A DNA stretch of 64,000 nucleotides from the NCBI GenBank assembly GCA_000146465.1, contig CP001943.1; one strand, given 5' to 3'. The translations under genes were made by a program, and so were the position numbers. The notes below the pieces were generated by a model that worked only from the letters and a program-made list of their open reading frames with translations, had not been told where the DNA came from and made no database searches. Within the stretch, counting starts at the first letter, position 1. Each line of letters opens with the position of its first letter. Shown here piece by piece: positions 38,181 to 48,340 of the stretch.

Positions 38181-39683
38181 ATGACTAAACAGAAGTTTGG
38201 GCTAACAGCCAAAAAAGAAGAAGATTTTTCCGAATGGTATGTACAGGTTATAACAAAAGGAGAGATGATAGATTACTACGAGATTAAAGGATGCTATGTG
38301 ATGCGCCCCCAGGGACAGTTTGTCTGGAAGTGTATCCAGAAATGGTTTACCGAAAAGATTGAAGAACTTGGTGTCCAAGAATGCTATTTTCCCATGCTAG
38401 TTCCCAAGTCGACGCTTGAAAAAGAGAAGAACCATGTGGAAAATTTTTCCCCCGAAGTAGCATGGATTACTAAGTGTGGAAATGAGGTCTTGGGAGATCC
38501 AGTTGCCGTGCGTCCTACATCCGAAACAATAATATATCCTTCTTTTTCTAAGTGGATAAGAAGCCACAGAGATCTTCCTCTAAAAATAAACCAATGGTGT
38601 AGTGTGCTGAGATGGGAGCTACATGGGACCCTCCCTTTTATAAGAGGGAAGGAGTTTCTATGGCAGGAAGGGCACACAGCTTTTCTGACGAAAGAGGAAT
38701 CGGATGTGGAGGTTTTTGCAATTCTGGATCTTTACTCCAGAATATACTCGGAGCTCCTTGCAGTTCCCGTGATAAAAGGAAGAAAGTCAGAAAGCGAGAA
38801 GTTTGGGGGAGCAGATTACACCACGTCCATTGAAGCCTTTATCCCTGGATCAGGCCGGGGAATTCAAGCGGGAACCTCCCATTCCTTGGGACAGAACTTC
38901 TCAAAAATGTTTGATATTAAGGTCGACACAGAAGAAGGATCCGAAAATAGCAGCTTTGTCTACCAGAACTCCTGGGGGCTAACCACCCGATCCATTGGAA
39001 TTGCAATTATGATACATTCGGACAACCTTGGGTTGGTGCTTCCCCCAAGAGTAGCTATGATTCAGGTTGTTGTTATTCCCTGTGGGATAACAGCATCCTC
39101 TTCGGAAGAGGACGTTGAAAGTTTACGCACATACATAAGCAAAATACATGCCCAGCTCAAAAACTTCGTTCGTGTGCATGTGGACGATCGGAATAATGTA
39201 ACTGTTGGATTCAAATTCAATCATTGGGAAATAAGAGGGGTTCCGTTAAGGTTAGAGGTTGGGTTCAAAGATATGGCTAACTCGGAAGCTTGCTTAGTTA
39301 GAAGGGACACCCGTGCCAAAAAGCAGGTATCTGTGGAGGATATCGGGCAGACAGTAATGGAGGAAATAGATACCATGCACAACGATATGCTTAGTAGGGC
39401 TACCACAGAAAGAGATAGGAGAATTTCATATGTAAGAAGCTTCGAGGAGTTTATGTCTTCTCTTGAAAACAAAAAAATGATAATGGCACCGTGGTGTGGA
39501 GTTGATAAATGTGAAGCCAACATTAAATCTAAAACCACAAAGTTTGGGCCCAACGGAAATGTAGTTTCGACTGGGGCAAAGACCTTATGTATTCCTTATG
39601 AGGCAAAGTCCTGCAATGGAATGGAATGTATCAACTGCAACCAGAAGGCTATCCATTATGCTTTATTTGGAAGATCCTACTAA
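38181..39683 (+). CDS. ProRS: Prolyl-tRNA synthetase (class II, eukaryotic/archaeal type)
   Basis: Class II motifs, anticodon-binding domain and the C-terminal zinc-binding tail ending ...HYALFGRSY*. The track ATG is at 38157. The second ATG (MTKQKFGL) at 38181 is preceded by ccaCCCttt. Confidence 0.75.
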   Translation: MTKQKFGLTAKKEEDFSEWYVQVITKGEMIDYYEIKGCYVMRPQGQFVWKCIQKWFTEKIEELGVQECYFPMLVPKSTLEKEKNHVENFSPEVAWITKCGNEVLGDPVAVRPTSETIIYPSFSKWIRSHRDLPLKINQWCSVLRWELHGTLPFIRGKEFLWQEGHTAFLTKEESDVEVFAILDLYSRIYSELLAVPVIKGRKSESEKFGGADYTTSIEAFIPGSGRGIQAGTSHSLGQNFSKMFDIKVDTEEGSENSSFVYQNSWGLTTRSIGIAIMIHSDNLGLVLPPRVAMIQVVVIPCGITASSSEEDVESLRTYISKIHAQLKNFVRVHVDDRNNVTVGFKFNHWEIRGVPLRLEVGFKDMANSEACLVRRDTRAKKQVSVEDIGQTVMEEIDTMHNDMLSRATTERDRRISYVRSFEEFMSSLENKKMIMAPWCGVDKCEANIKSKTTKFGPNGNVVSTGAKTLCIPYEAKSCNGMECINCNQKAIHYALFGRSY

Positions 39684-39832
39684 CTTACAAGTCTCTGTCG
39701 CTACCATAATTATTAAAAAGACAAGGAAATATTAACCGATTTACATTCCATGGAATAATTCTTTATATTAAGAAAAGATATTTCTCCTCAATGGAAGAAG
39801 GGCCGTACCTGGCCCAATCGCCCCTCTGGAAG

Positions 39833-41749
39833 TCATGCTAAAACCTGAAATCTCTCTTCCAAGAGAAGACAACCTTCTGGAGTATGGTTTTTGGGCTCGG
39901 CCTTATCAAGTATCCTTTTTTCCAGCAGAGCTTTGATTTCTTTATACGACTCCTCGTGGGATTTGGGAGAAACAATTTCCGAAGAAAAGCGGTCGAGAAA
40001 ATGAATGGCAATTCCATTAGTCCATCCAAATCCGACTTGCGCCGTATATTCCCCCTTATATCCAGGTGACCCAACCATCTCACAACTATATTTTTCAAAG
40101 ATCCCCCTCTTTGTCTCGTCAACAACGGATGTAGAAACAGATATGTTTTCTAAGTAGGATCTAACCATATGTAATGCCATTTCACGCTCACCCACTCTTT
40201 CTAAGAAAAACGCCACTATATGCACAAGGGGAGGCCACATGTTGGGAAAATCCCATTGTAAGGTACTGTCCTTATTCTTAGATCCACTTGCAGGCATCCC
40301 TCCCGGATGTCCAAATATATCTTCTGCAAACATATTCAAAATGTGGTAAACGCTGACACCTTTGTCTTTTGGAGGAGGGATCCCATAGCACATCGGCATT
40401 AAGTTTGAGGCATAGAACCCAGGAGATGTATGCTCTCTTGTTTCAATATCAAAGTCATTCCATACACCTTGTTGATCGTTCCATAGCACATTATTAATGG
40501 CATCTTTTCTTTCTTCGCTCTTTTCTTTGAAGTACTTAGAGTTCTTGGAGTTTTTTCCTTCGATTATCTCATATAGCTTCGAAATGATACATTCATTGGC
40601 ATACATTACTGAATTCAGATCCGCAGGAATCCTTTTGGAGACTCTTATGGAATCAAGTTGCCCGCTTAAGCCTAGCCATCTGGATGAAAAGTCCCATCCC
40701 GATTCGGCTCCGGCTTTTAAGTCGGCATAAATGTCTTCTGCTCTTCTTCTGTACTTCTCATCTCTGCTCTTATTTTGCTCTGCAGTTTCCCTGTCTTCAC
40801 TATAAGACTCTGCTCTTGGCGTAGTATCGTTAACCTTGTAAACATTAAGTACATACGACTTTCCGTTCTTTTCAACCCTTTCAACTTTTTGGGTCATGAA
40901 GAAAGTATGCTCTGTTACTGCCGCATCCAATCCCCTCTTGATAGTGTTTTCTATCTTCTCCCATGGTAAGTGTTTATAAAGAGTGAGAAGCATCTGAGGA
41001 AAGTATGGAGGCTGAGACCTGTTTAAATAGTATGTCCTAAGTCCATTAGGAATGAATCCAAACTGCTCTATCAGACCTATAAAGTTCTCCACCATTCCCA
41101 CGGCAATTTTTTCCATACCGCTTCTGACAAGTCCTTCTAAGATCCAGCTACTATCCCAATAATAAGCCTCTTTGAATCGGTCTCCAGGAATAATAAATGG
41201 ATTCTTGACCTTTATCATCGTTGAATACTGTCCTCTCTTCAACCTATTCTGCCTTACGTAGATCTTACCCCATGCATTTTCGAGTTCTTTCCCGATTCTA
41301 ATCAAGTTTGCTATAGATTGTTTGTATTGGCTGGTCTGGAAAAGAGGATTGGAGCCATCTGAAAGCTTTTCCTCAAGCTTGATTATATAGCTCGAGGTGT
41401 TCTTGGGCATATCTGCCTGAAGCTCTTTATCATCTTTACCAAATATAAGTTCGGTCTCTGGCTCAAAACTATTTTCATCTACAAACCTCCAAAAATCCTC
41501 CTCTTTTTCAAAAGATCTATTTTCTCGAAGCATGTTTCTAAGAATCTCATCAATTTCTTCTGGAGGCTTAGTAAACACCTTATCAACCAAAATCTTGCTA
41601 TCCTTTGTAATCTTACTTACAAAAGAAACCTCGAGAAGTTCTGAACTCATTCGGGAGCCAGGATCCATAATTCCGGAAGCCCTTACGGGGATTATTGTAC
41701 AAGCGGCAAGGAAAATATAGCGCAATTTTACCCCGGAAGCCATCTCCAT
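39833..41749 (-). CDS. TREH: Trehalase (GH37) with an N-terminal signal peptide
   Basis: Trehalase signatures ...GWDFSSRW... and QWDFPNMWPP. The N-terminus MEMASGVKLRYIFLAACTIIPVRASG looks like a cleavable signal peptide. Confidence 0.7.
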   Translation of the reverse strand: MEMASGVKLRYIFLAACTIIPVRASGIMDPGSRMSSELLEVSFVSKITKDSKILVDKVFTKPPEEIDEILRNMLRENRSFEKEEDFWRFVDENSFEPETELIFGKDDKELQADMPKNTSSYIIKLEEKLSDGSNPLFQTSQYKQSIANLIRIGKELENAWGKIYVRQNRLKRGQYSTMIKVKNPFIIPGDRFKEAYYWDSSWILEGLVRSGMEKIAVGMVENFIGLIEQFGFIPNGLRTYYLNRSQPPYFPQMLLTLYKHLPWEKIENTIKRGLDAAVTEHTFFMTQKVERVEKNGKSYVLNVYKVNDTTPRAESYSEDRETAEQNKSRDEKYRRRAEDIYADLKAGAESGWDFSSRWLGLSGQLDSIRVSKRIPADLNSVMYANECIISKLYEIIEGKNSKNSKYFKEKSEERKDAINNVLWNDQQGVWNDFDIETREHTSPGFYASNLMPMCYGIPPPKDKGVSVYHILNMFAEDIFGHPGGMPASGSKNKDSTLQWDFPNMWPPLVHIVAFFLERVGEREMALHMVRSYLENISVSTSVVDETKRGIFEKYSCEMVGSPGYKGEYTAQVGFGWTNGIAIHFLDRFSSEIVSPKSHEESYKEIKALLEKRILDKAEPKNHTPEGCLLLEERFQVLA

Positions 41750-41964
41750 TTCTAACCTGTTTTTTGCTTTTAAACATTTGTAATAGTTTATTTAAGTTAA
41801 ATTGTGCAAGCTAAATTATTCTATAATCATTCCTGGTTATTGGTGAGATGTCATCTTAAGAGTCATCCCTAAAAGGAAGTTTAATATCATTATATTGAAT
41901 TTACTTAGAGGAGGTGTGCAGCTTAAGTTATTTATATGTTTATTTCAAAAAAAGCCTACCCTTA

Positions 41965-43200
41965 ATGGCAGGAAACTTTTTGCTAAGTATTTCCATAATG
42001 AACTATGTTTTTATGGTTTATTTGAAAATACGTGAGCTCAGGCAGTTGTTCAAGCCTCCATCCAAGACATACCTTAGGCTGGCTACAATGGATCAGATAA
42101 AAAAGACCAAGGAATACAATAGAGACAAGCTATTTATGTCCGTTTTCGAGCTCACAATTCTTCTTGGGAGGGATATATATCTGATCAAGAAAGGAGTGTT
42201 GGAGGAGGTGTACAGCATCAAATACTTTATGAATAGTTACTATGGGGATACATTGTTCTTGCTAGGATTCGCCCACTTCCAAAGACTCTTTGACCTTCCT
42301 TTGGATCTAATTTCCACATTTTACATTGAGGCAAAACATGGATTCAACAAAACCACATTTCCAACATTTCTATTGGACTTCGTGAAGATGACGGCTATAA
42401 TCACTGTTATATTTGCTCCTTTTTCACATATTGTAATGAGCATTATTCGGAAATACCAGAAAACATTCTTCTGCATCTATCTATGGATTTTCATAGCCAT
42501 TTTCCAGATAGTCCTTGTTATTATATATCCGATTGCCATTCAGCCTATATTTAATAAGTTTGAGGAGATGGAAGAATCGGATCTTAAGACGAAGATCCAA
42601 GAATTGGCAGAAAAGGTTGGGTTTCGTGCCAATAAGATACTGATTATGGACGCCTCGAAGAGATCTGGCCATTCGAATGCCTACTTCATAGGAATTACTA
42701 AGGAAAAAAGGATTGTTCTGTACGACACTTTGCTAAAACAGGCAAATGAAGAGGAGGTTCTTGCCATTCTGTGCCACGAATTTGGGCATTGGAAGCATAG
42801 CCATGTCATTAAGATGGCATCTATGGTTCTTTTGATTCAGCTATTTTACTTGTTCATATTGAATGTTTTGATGAACTCCCGTTCCTTTGGGAACTTCATA
42901 CTTGGGAAGGATTTGCCACTGCTTATAAGGTGTGTTTATTTCCTCATGATAATCGGAGCTCTCAGCGTTCCTATAGACATGATAAAAAACTCTGTTTCGA
43001 GATACTTTGAAAGACAAGCAGATAGGTTTTCTGTGTCCCTTGGTTATGGAAAGGAGCTTTCATCAGGGCTTATCAAGCTTTTTGAAAAGAATAGTAGTAA
43101 TATGGATCCTGATCCGCTTTATTCAGCTGTAATGCACACACATCCCACTTTGATTGAAAGAATCAACCTGATTGAAGGCGAGATGAATAAAATCAAGTAA
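41965..43200 (+). CDS. STE24: CAAX prenyl protease Ste24 (zinc metalloprotease, M48)
   Basis: Multi-transmembrane protein with the HEFGHWKHSH zinc-binding motif (HExxH) and a downstream glutamate region. The track start at 41914 is GTG. The ATG (MAGNFLL) is at 41965, preceded by ctaCCCtta. Confidence 0.65.
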   Translation: MAGNFLLSISIMNYVFMVYLKIRELRQLFKPPSKTYLRLATMDQIKKTKEYNRDKLFMSVFELTILLGRDIYLIKKGVLEEVYSIKYFMNSYYGDTLFLLGFAHFQRLFDLPLDLISTFYIEAKHGFNKTTFPTFLLDFVKMTAIITVIFAPFSHIVMSIIRKYQKTFFCIYLWIFIAIFQIVLVIIYPIAIQPIFNKFEEMEESDLKTKIQELAEKVGFRANKILIMDASKRSGHSNAYFIGITKEKRIVLYDTLLKQANEEEVLAILCHEFGHWKHSHVIKMASMVLLIQLFYLFILNVLMNSRSFGNFILGKDLPLLIRCVYFLMIIGALSVPIDMIKNSVSRYFERQADRFSVSLGYGKELSSGLIKLFEKNSSNMDPDPLYSAVMHTHPTLIERINLIEGEMNKIK

Positions 43201-43235
43201 TTTCTTAAGTATTTATTTGGTGCCCGATCCCTTGA

Positions 43236-44690
43236 ATGAAGATGGCAGAGGCTTGCATAGATTTAGCTCCACTGGTAAAATCAGCAGTGAACTTCTTGTA
43301 TCGTCTATCTTTATCCAAAAATATGAAGTCGAGGCATTGCTACAAGAAAATGGCCCAAGAGTTAGAGAAAATAGAAGGACCTCTTTATTCGCTGGACTAC
43401 CTGAAGAACATCAAGTGGGCTGGAGCTAAAACAATTGAAAAGATCCAGGAGTTGATAGACAGAAGAATTCTAGAAGACATAAAAACGGAGGAGGATTTTG
43501 AGAAGTATCTGAATGTTCTCTCACCGAGGGCATATGAAGAAAGCAAAAGAAAGTTATGGAAAGAAGGCACAGAGAAGAGCGATTCCAAGGATAAACAATA
43601 CAAGAAGGAGAAAGACAACATATCCAAGAAGAGAAAATACATTCCTGGATATAGAACAGGAAGTTATGGAATAATGAAAGCACTATGGATAAGAGAAGGG
43701 ATTGGTAGGCATGAGATAGCACGGATAGGAAGAAATTACTGTGACTCAGAGTTTGACTTTGGATCAAGACATTCTGCTTGGTCATCCATGAAAACACTAG
43801 TTAGAAAGGGATTTGTGTATAAAGAGGGAAGATCGAAATTCTACCTTACAGACGAAGGAAGGGAGCTAGCAGCAACAATGTTTGCAAATACATCTGTTGT
43901 TGAGGAGGAAGACGAGATTACACTTCTGGTAGATACTAGGGAAGTAAAGAGTAGGAGATCCAGGCTGTTTTTCCAAGAGTATTTTGAATCTCAACAAATC
44001 AGGCACGAGACAAGAGCTCTTGAGGTAGGGGATTTTCTTTGGGTCAGAGGCGAGAGGGTTTGTAGCTCGATAATCGAAAGGAAAAGAGGAAGCGACCTTG
44101 TAAGTAGCATAGTAGATGGAAGATTTAAAGAGCAAAAGAACAGGCTGAAAAACACAGGAATAAGAAAGATTTTTTATATTGTAGAAGGACTAAAGAACAG
44201 CCATATGCAAAATGTAGGTAAAGAGACTATAGTATCGTGCATGGCGGCAACTAGGCTGGAGGGATTCATTGTCATGGAGACAGAAGACATAGGCCAGACA
44301 GGCTCAGTGATCCGTATGATAGATTACGAAGTGAAAAAGGAACAAGAGAAAAAAAAGAAGACTTCGAACAAATTAGACCATTGCGAAGAATCCAGTGAAT
44401 GTCTAGAAGATCCTGACGAAGAGATGGAGATGAGCTATGAAAGCTTTATTGATAAAAGCACTAAGTCGAAAGGAAAAACTCAGACCTATCTGCTGTACAT
44501 GTCTCTTCTCTCTATTAAAGGAATAGGCCATAAAAAGGCGCTTATACTGGCCGAACGGTATAAGACAATCGGGGGACTAATAAGTAGAGTAAAAGCTGAT
44601 GGAGTAAACAAGCTTTATGACTTTGAAATAAACGGAAAAAAAATATCTAGAAAGAATGGAAATGACATAATAGACTTTTTTCTGAAGTGA
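43236..44690 (+). CDS. MUS81: Crossover-junction endonuclease Mus81 (ERCC4 nuclease)
   Basis: ERCC4 catalytic block VGDFLWVRGERVCSSIIERKRGSDLVSSIVDGRFKEQKNRLKNTGIRKIFYIVEG (ERKRxxDLxxSIxDGRFxEQK signature). Helix-hairpin-helix elements are near both termini. ATG preceded by gatCCCttga. Confidence 0.6.
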   Translation: MKMAEACIDLAPLVKSAVNFLYRLSLSKNMKSRHCYKKMAQELEKIEGPLYSLDYLKNIKWAGAKTIEKIQELIDRRILEDIKTEEDFEKYLNVLSPRAYEESKRKLWKEGTEKSDSKDKQYKKEKDNISKKRKYIPGYRTGSYGIMKALWIREGIGRHEIARIGRNYCDSEFDFGSRHSAWSSMKTLVRKGFVYKEGRSKFYLTDEGRELAATMFANTSVVEEEDEITLLVDTREVKSRRSRLFFQEYFESQQIRHETRALEVGDFLWVRGERVCSSIIERKRGSDLVSSIVDGRFKEQKNRLKNTGIRKIFYIVEGLKNSHMQNVGKETIVSCMAATRLEGFIVMETEDIGQTGSVIRMIDYEVKKEQEKKKKTSNKLDHCEESSECLEDPDEEMEMSYESFIDKSTKSKGKTQTYLLYMSLLSIKGIGHKKALILAERYKTIGGLISRVKADGVNKLYDFEINGKKISRKNGNDIIDFFLK

Positions 44691-44725
44691 CACGGATTGA
44701 TAAGTGGAAATATTTTGCTCCCAGG

Positions 44726-44908
44726 ATGGGAGGGATCAGCGAGAAGTTGAAAGGACTAAAGTTTATGCAAAGAGCGGAGAGAAAAAACAATGGGGATGGA
44801 GAGGTGTCGTTTTCGACGTACTTTTGCAAGAAAGGAATTTTCAGTTACTGCAGCAAGCAAAAGATCCACGATAAGGAAGACGAAGCTCAAAAAAAGGCCA
44901 GGAACTAG
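44726..44908 (+). CDS. Candidate small basic protein (60 aa), unannotated and of uncertain identity
   Basis: ATG (MGGISEKLKGLKFMQRAERKN...) preceded by the same start-site motif, gctCCCagg. It lies in a 296-bp gap that is otherwise unusually long for this window. Confidence 0.3.
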   Translation: MGGISEKLKGLKFMQRAERKNNGDGEVSFSTYFCKKGIFSYCSKQKIHDKEDEAQKKARN

Positions 44909-44986
44909 AGCATTCCCATATCTCTTATTAAATATATGTATCCTATACGTAGGCTTTCTTTCTGGACCCTTTTGTGTTAGTATTAG

Positions 44987-46213
44987 ATGAATGAAGATGG
45001 AGTGAACATAAAAGAACTGATAAACGCCAGATTTCAGAATCCAAAGTTTGTCTACGATGGAAAGAGGATGAGAGTCCTACAGGAAAGGAAGGTAGTTGAC
45101 TATACATCGGGTATTTGTGTTCAAAGAGTGAAAAGGAGAATTGATCCACTACAAGTCAACACGAGCTTTGAACTTTCCTCACAGATTCTTAACCTAAAAT
45201 CCCCAGAGCTATGCTACAATGATTTATCCAGCCTATTTACGACAAAGATCGAGCATGTCAGTGTCAACAAAGTCAAGTGCCCTGTTAACATTGTCAGATG
45301 GACTCCTGATGGAAGAAGACTAATGAGCGGAACAGCTACAGGGGAATTCACATTGTGGAATGGCTATGGATGCAACTTTGAAACTATCCTTCAGGCACAT
45401 GAATCACCTGTTAGAGGGATGGCTTGGTCTCCTTCGGGCTCGTTTTTGATATCCTCGGACAACTTTGGGATAATTAAGTACTGGCATCCATCGATGAACA
45501 ATATACAAATAATACAAGGACATGCAGAGGCAGTAAGAGATCTTTCATTTTCTCACAACGATAGTAAGTTTTGCTCGGCTTCGGACGATTCAACAATAAA
45601 GATTTGGGACTCGATTGAAGCAAAAGAGGAATCAGTCCTTAGAGGTCATAACTGGGATGTAAGAGCAGCACAATGGCACAGATATAAATCGTTGATAGCA
45701 AGTGCAGGGAAGGATAATTTGGTTAAGATGTGGGATCCACGTACTGCAGAGGAGCTATGCACTCTACATCATCATAAGAATACAATACTAGCCTTGAAGT
45801 GGATGGGCGATGAAAACTATCTCCTTACAGGAGGAAAGGACCAGGTGATAAAAATGGTGGACATTAGAACAATGGCTGATGTGTTTACCTACAAGAATCA
45901 CAAAAAGGAAGTTACATCAATAGGAATACATCCTTGTATTCCAGATATGTTTGTAAGCGGAGGTACGGAAGGAGGGATCTACTTTTGGCAAGCATATACT
46001 CAGGTGCCTTTGGAGGTTATCGAAGAGGGCCATGAGGGTACTGTGTGGTCACTAGATTACCATCCTGTGGGACACATCCTAGCATCTGGATCTGTAGATC
46101 AAAGCGTAAGATTTTGGGTTAGACCAAGGCCAGACGAGAATGCTGAATCTACTGTTGGAGGATTTGTTGATGAAGAAAACAATTCTGATGGAGGAGCCAT
46201 TCCAGGACTGTAG
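44987..46213 (+). CDS. PFS2: WD40-repeat polyadenylation factor Pfs2/WDR33-like
   Basis: Seven WD repeats with long collinear identity to Pfs2/WDR33 (VNIVRWTPDGRRLMSGTATGEFTLWNG..FETILQAHESPVRGMAWS...SDDSTIKIWD...LRGHNWDVRAAQWH..SLIASAGKDNLVKMWDPRT). Confidence 0.55.
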   Translation: MNEDGVNIKELINARFQNPKFVYDGKRMRVLQERKVVDYTSGICVQRVKRRIDPLQVNTSFELSSQILNLKSPELCYNDLSSLFTTKIEHVSVNKVKCPVNIVRWTPDGRRLMSGTATGEFTLWNGYGCNFETILQAHESPVRGMAWSPSGSFLISSDNFGIIKYWHPSMNNIQIIQGHAEAVRDLSFSHNDSKFCSASDDSTIKIWDSIEAKEESVLRGHNWDVRAAQWHRYKSLIASAGKDNLVKMWDPRTAEELCTLHHHKNTILALKWMGDENYLLTGGKDQVIKMVDIRTMADVFTYKNHKKEVTSIGIHPCIPDMFVSGGTEGGIYFWQAYTQVPLEVIEEGHEGTVWSLDYHPVGHILASGSVDQSVRFWVRPRPDENAESTVGGFVDEENNSDGGAIPGL

Positions 46214-46346
46214 TGTGGGTCTCCCTCCATGAAATATATATTTAAATGTTTGTGTGCTTCTATTATTAAATATGTTGTTGGGCTTTTTCTGTTTATCCTA
46301 GAAAGTTGGATAACTACAATTGAGAAAAAATAAAAACAAATCCTGG

Positions 46347-47633
46347 ATGATTACCGAGTACGAATACGATTTTGTTATTCTTGGAACGGGGCTAGTAGAG
46401 TGTGCGGTTGGATGTATCTTGGCTGGAAAGAATAAAAAAGTTATTCTAATAGATAGGAATCCGATGTACGGATCGGATTTTGCAACGCTGAGATACACAG
46501 AATTAGAGACGTACTTTCGGAGCTCAAACATGGTCCCCGAACTGAAAACCTATGATTCCGAATTTTCGGTTGATCTTACTCCGAAGCTGTTCCTTGCGGA
46601 TAGTAAGATGCTGAAGATGCTAGTCAGGTATGGGATTGATGAATATTTAGAGTTCTGTAGAATTCCCGGATCTTTTCTATGGAAAAGAAAGCTATATTCT
46701 GTCCCGACGAACGAGGCTCAGTCCATGACCACTGGGCTTATAGGAATATGGCAAAAGCCAAAAGTCATGAGGTTTTTTTGGAATGTCCGGGACTATGCAA
46801 GAGCCGCAATGAAGGGCAAGTCTTATCAATTCAAGAGTACTATGAGAGAAGAATTCAAGGAGTATGGACTTACGGAAGAATCGATGGAACTTATAGGGCA
46901 TGGAATAGCCTTGAATCTTGACGATTCCTATCTGGACAGACATCCCAAAGAGACGTTTGATAAGATCTTAACGTACGTAAGGTCTATTATATGCTATGAA
47001 AACTCGATGGAGTCACCTTATTTATATCCAAGATATGGGCTTTCTGAAATTGCTCAGGGATTTGCGCGAAGTTGCTGTACAAAGGGAGGGGAGATAATGA
47101 TAAATGCGGAGATGCTGGAAATCGATGAAGCAAAGATGGAGTTGTTAGTTCGAGAACCTGTCAACAAAGAAATCTTGAAAATAAAGGCAGGAAAGATAAT
47201 TTCAGATCAGTCCTATTTCCAGAAAAGTGTTGTTTTATATGAAGTTATAAGAGGAATATGTATAGTACGAGGGGATTCGGTTGATATAACAAAGGGAGCT
47301 TCTTCAGCCCAGGTGATCTTCCTAAAAGGAGAGCTTGGAAGGAAGAATGACATCTTTGTTGTTGTATTGGGATCTGAGGAGAAGTCTACGCCTGAAGGCT
47401 ATAAGGCGGTTATTATAAGTACTGTGAGAGAAACAGATAATCCTGAGAAAGAGATAGAGGTTGTTTTGGAGAGGTTGGGGGATGTTGTAAGGTACTTCAT
47501 TGATGTAAAGCCGGTATACGAAGCGGAAGACATGGAGAATATAGTTTTTACAAAGGGTGTGGACGAATCCCCCCACTTTGAGGACATTTATGAAGAGATA
47601 GAAAGGATTTGCAAAAAGCTAGACGTTTGTTGA
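46347..47633 (+). CDS. GDI1: Rab GDP-dissociation inhibitor (GDI)
   Basis: N-terminus MITEYEYDFVILGTGLVECAVGCILAGKNKKVILIDRNPMYG (FAD/GDI fold and GDI signature). The track start at 46320 is TTG. Confidence 0.65.
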   Translation: MITEYEYDFVILGTGLVECAVGCILAGKNKKVILIDRNPMYGSDFATLRYTELETYFRSSNMVPELKTYDSEFSVDLTPKLFLADSKMLKMLVRYGIDEYLEFCRIPGSFLWKRKLYSVPTNEAQSMTTGLIGIWQKPKVMRFFWNVRDYARAAMKGKSYQFKSTMREEFKEYGLTEESMELIGHGIALNLDDSYLDRHPKETFDKILTYVRSIICYENSMESPYLYPRYGLSEIAQGFARSCCTKGGEIMINAEMLEIDEAKMELLVREPVNKEILKIKAGKIISDQSYFQKSVVLYEVIRGICIVRGDSVDITKGASSAQVIFLKGELGRKNDIFVVVLGSEEKSTPEGYKAVIISTVRETDNPEKEIEVVLERLGDVVRYFIDVKPVYEAEDMENIVFTKGVDESPHFEDIYEEIERICKKLDVC

Positions 47634-47721
47634 CTAGCCAATCACCTCTGAATTTCCGGTGATAAGAGGCTTGTTAATCTTTAGAAGCGAGGTTACAACT
47701 ATTGGATTTCATAAAGCCCTT

Positions 47722-48282
47722 ATGGAAATAAAGACAGGGATGATAAGTGGGGCTCTTTCGTCTTGCTATTTGAAGACTAATAAAACATCAGTTATATGCT
47801 GCATCTATCTAGAGCAAAAAGGAGAGACGGAGCCACAAACCGAGGTACATTTCTCCGAGGGACTACCTCTGCAGATTCGTTCAGGAGTTAGCTCAATCGT
47901 AAAGTCGTTATTTTCAACAAAAACTAGATCTACAAGGATCAAAGTGACATTCCATGCTGTGAGATGTGGAGAGGACTTGTTTTCTTGTCTTGTAAACTCT
48001 TTTTCCGTATGTGCCATACTATCTGGGATTGGGATCATAGATACCATTTGTTCTAGTACTGTATATGCTGACAAGAATAACATTTCGCTTACAAGTCAGT
48101 TGAATTCTTTCCCTCTACACATGGTGTATATGATTCACAAGAAAAGAATCATGCAGGTGCATTTTGATGGGTGCCTTGACTCTTCTCTTTTTGTTAAAGC
48201 CACTGAGAGGCTTGTCCAGACATGTGTTGAGCAGGCCGACATGTTGAGATTAACAATAGAGGAAATTACAAGAACAGGATGA
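47722..48282 (+). CDS. RNase PH-like protein, possibly a non-catalytic exosome subunit (Rrp46/Mtr3-like)
   Basis: About 186 aa with an RNase-PH-like arrangement (TSVICCIYLEQKGE..., SVCAILSGIGIIDTICS..., LVQTCVEQADMLRLTIEE). The track start at 47659 is GTG. The ATG at 47722 is preceded by aagCCCtt. Confidence 0.3.
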   Translation: MEIKTGMISGALSSCYLKTNKTSVICCIYLEQKGETEPQTEVHFSEGLPLQIRSGVSSIVKSLFSTKTRSTRIKVTFHAVRCGEDLFSCLVNSFSVCAILSGIGIIDTICSSTVYADKNNISLTSQLNSFPLHMVYMIHKKRIMQVHFDGCLDSSLFVKATERLVQTCVEQADMLRLTIEEITRTG

Positions 48283-48340
48283 GTAGATGGAATTCTTGGA
48301 TCTCAGCATGATGAAATGGAGAATTCCCAGGAACCCTGCT

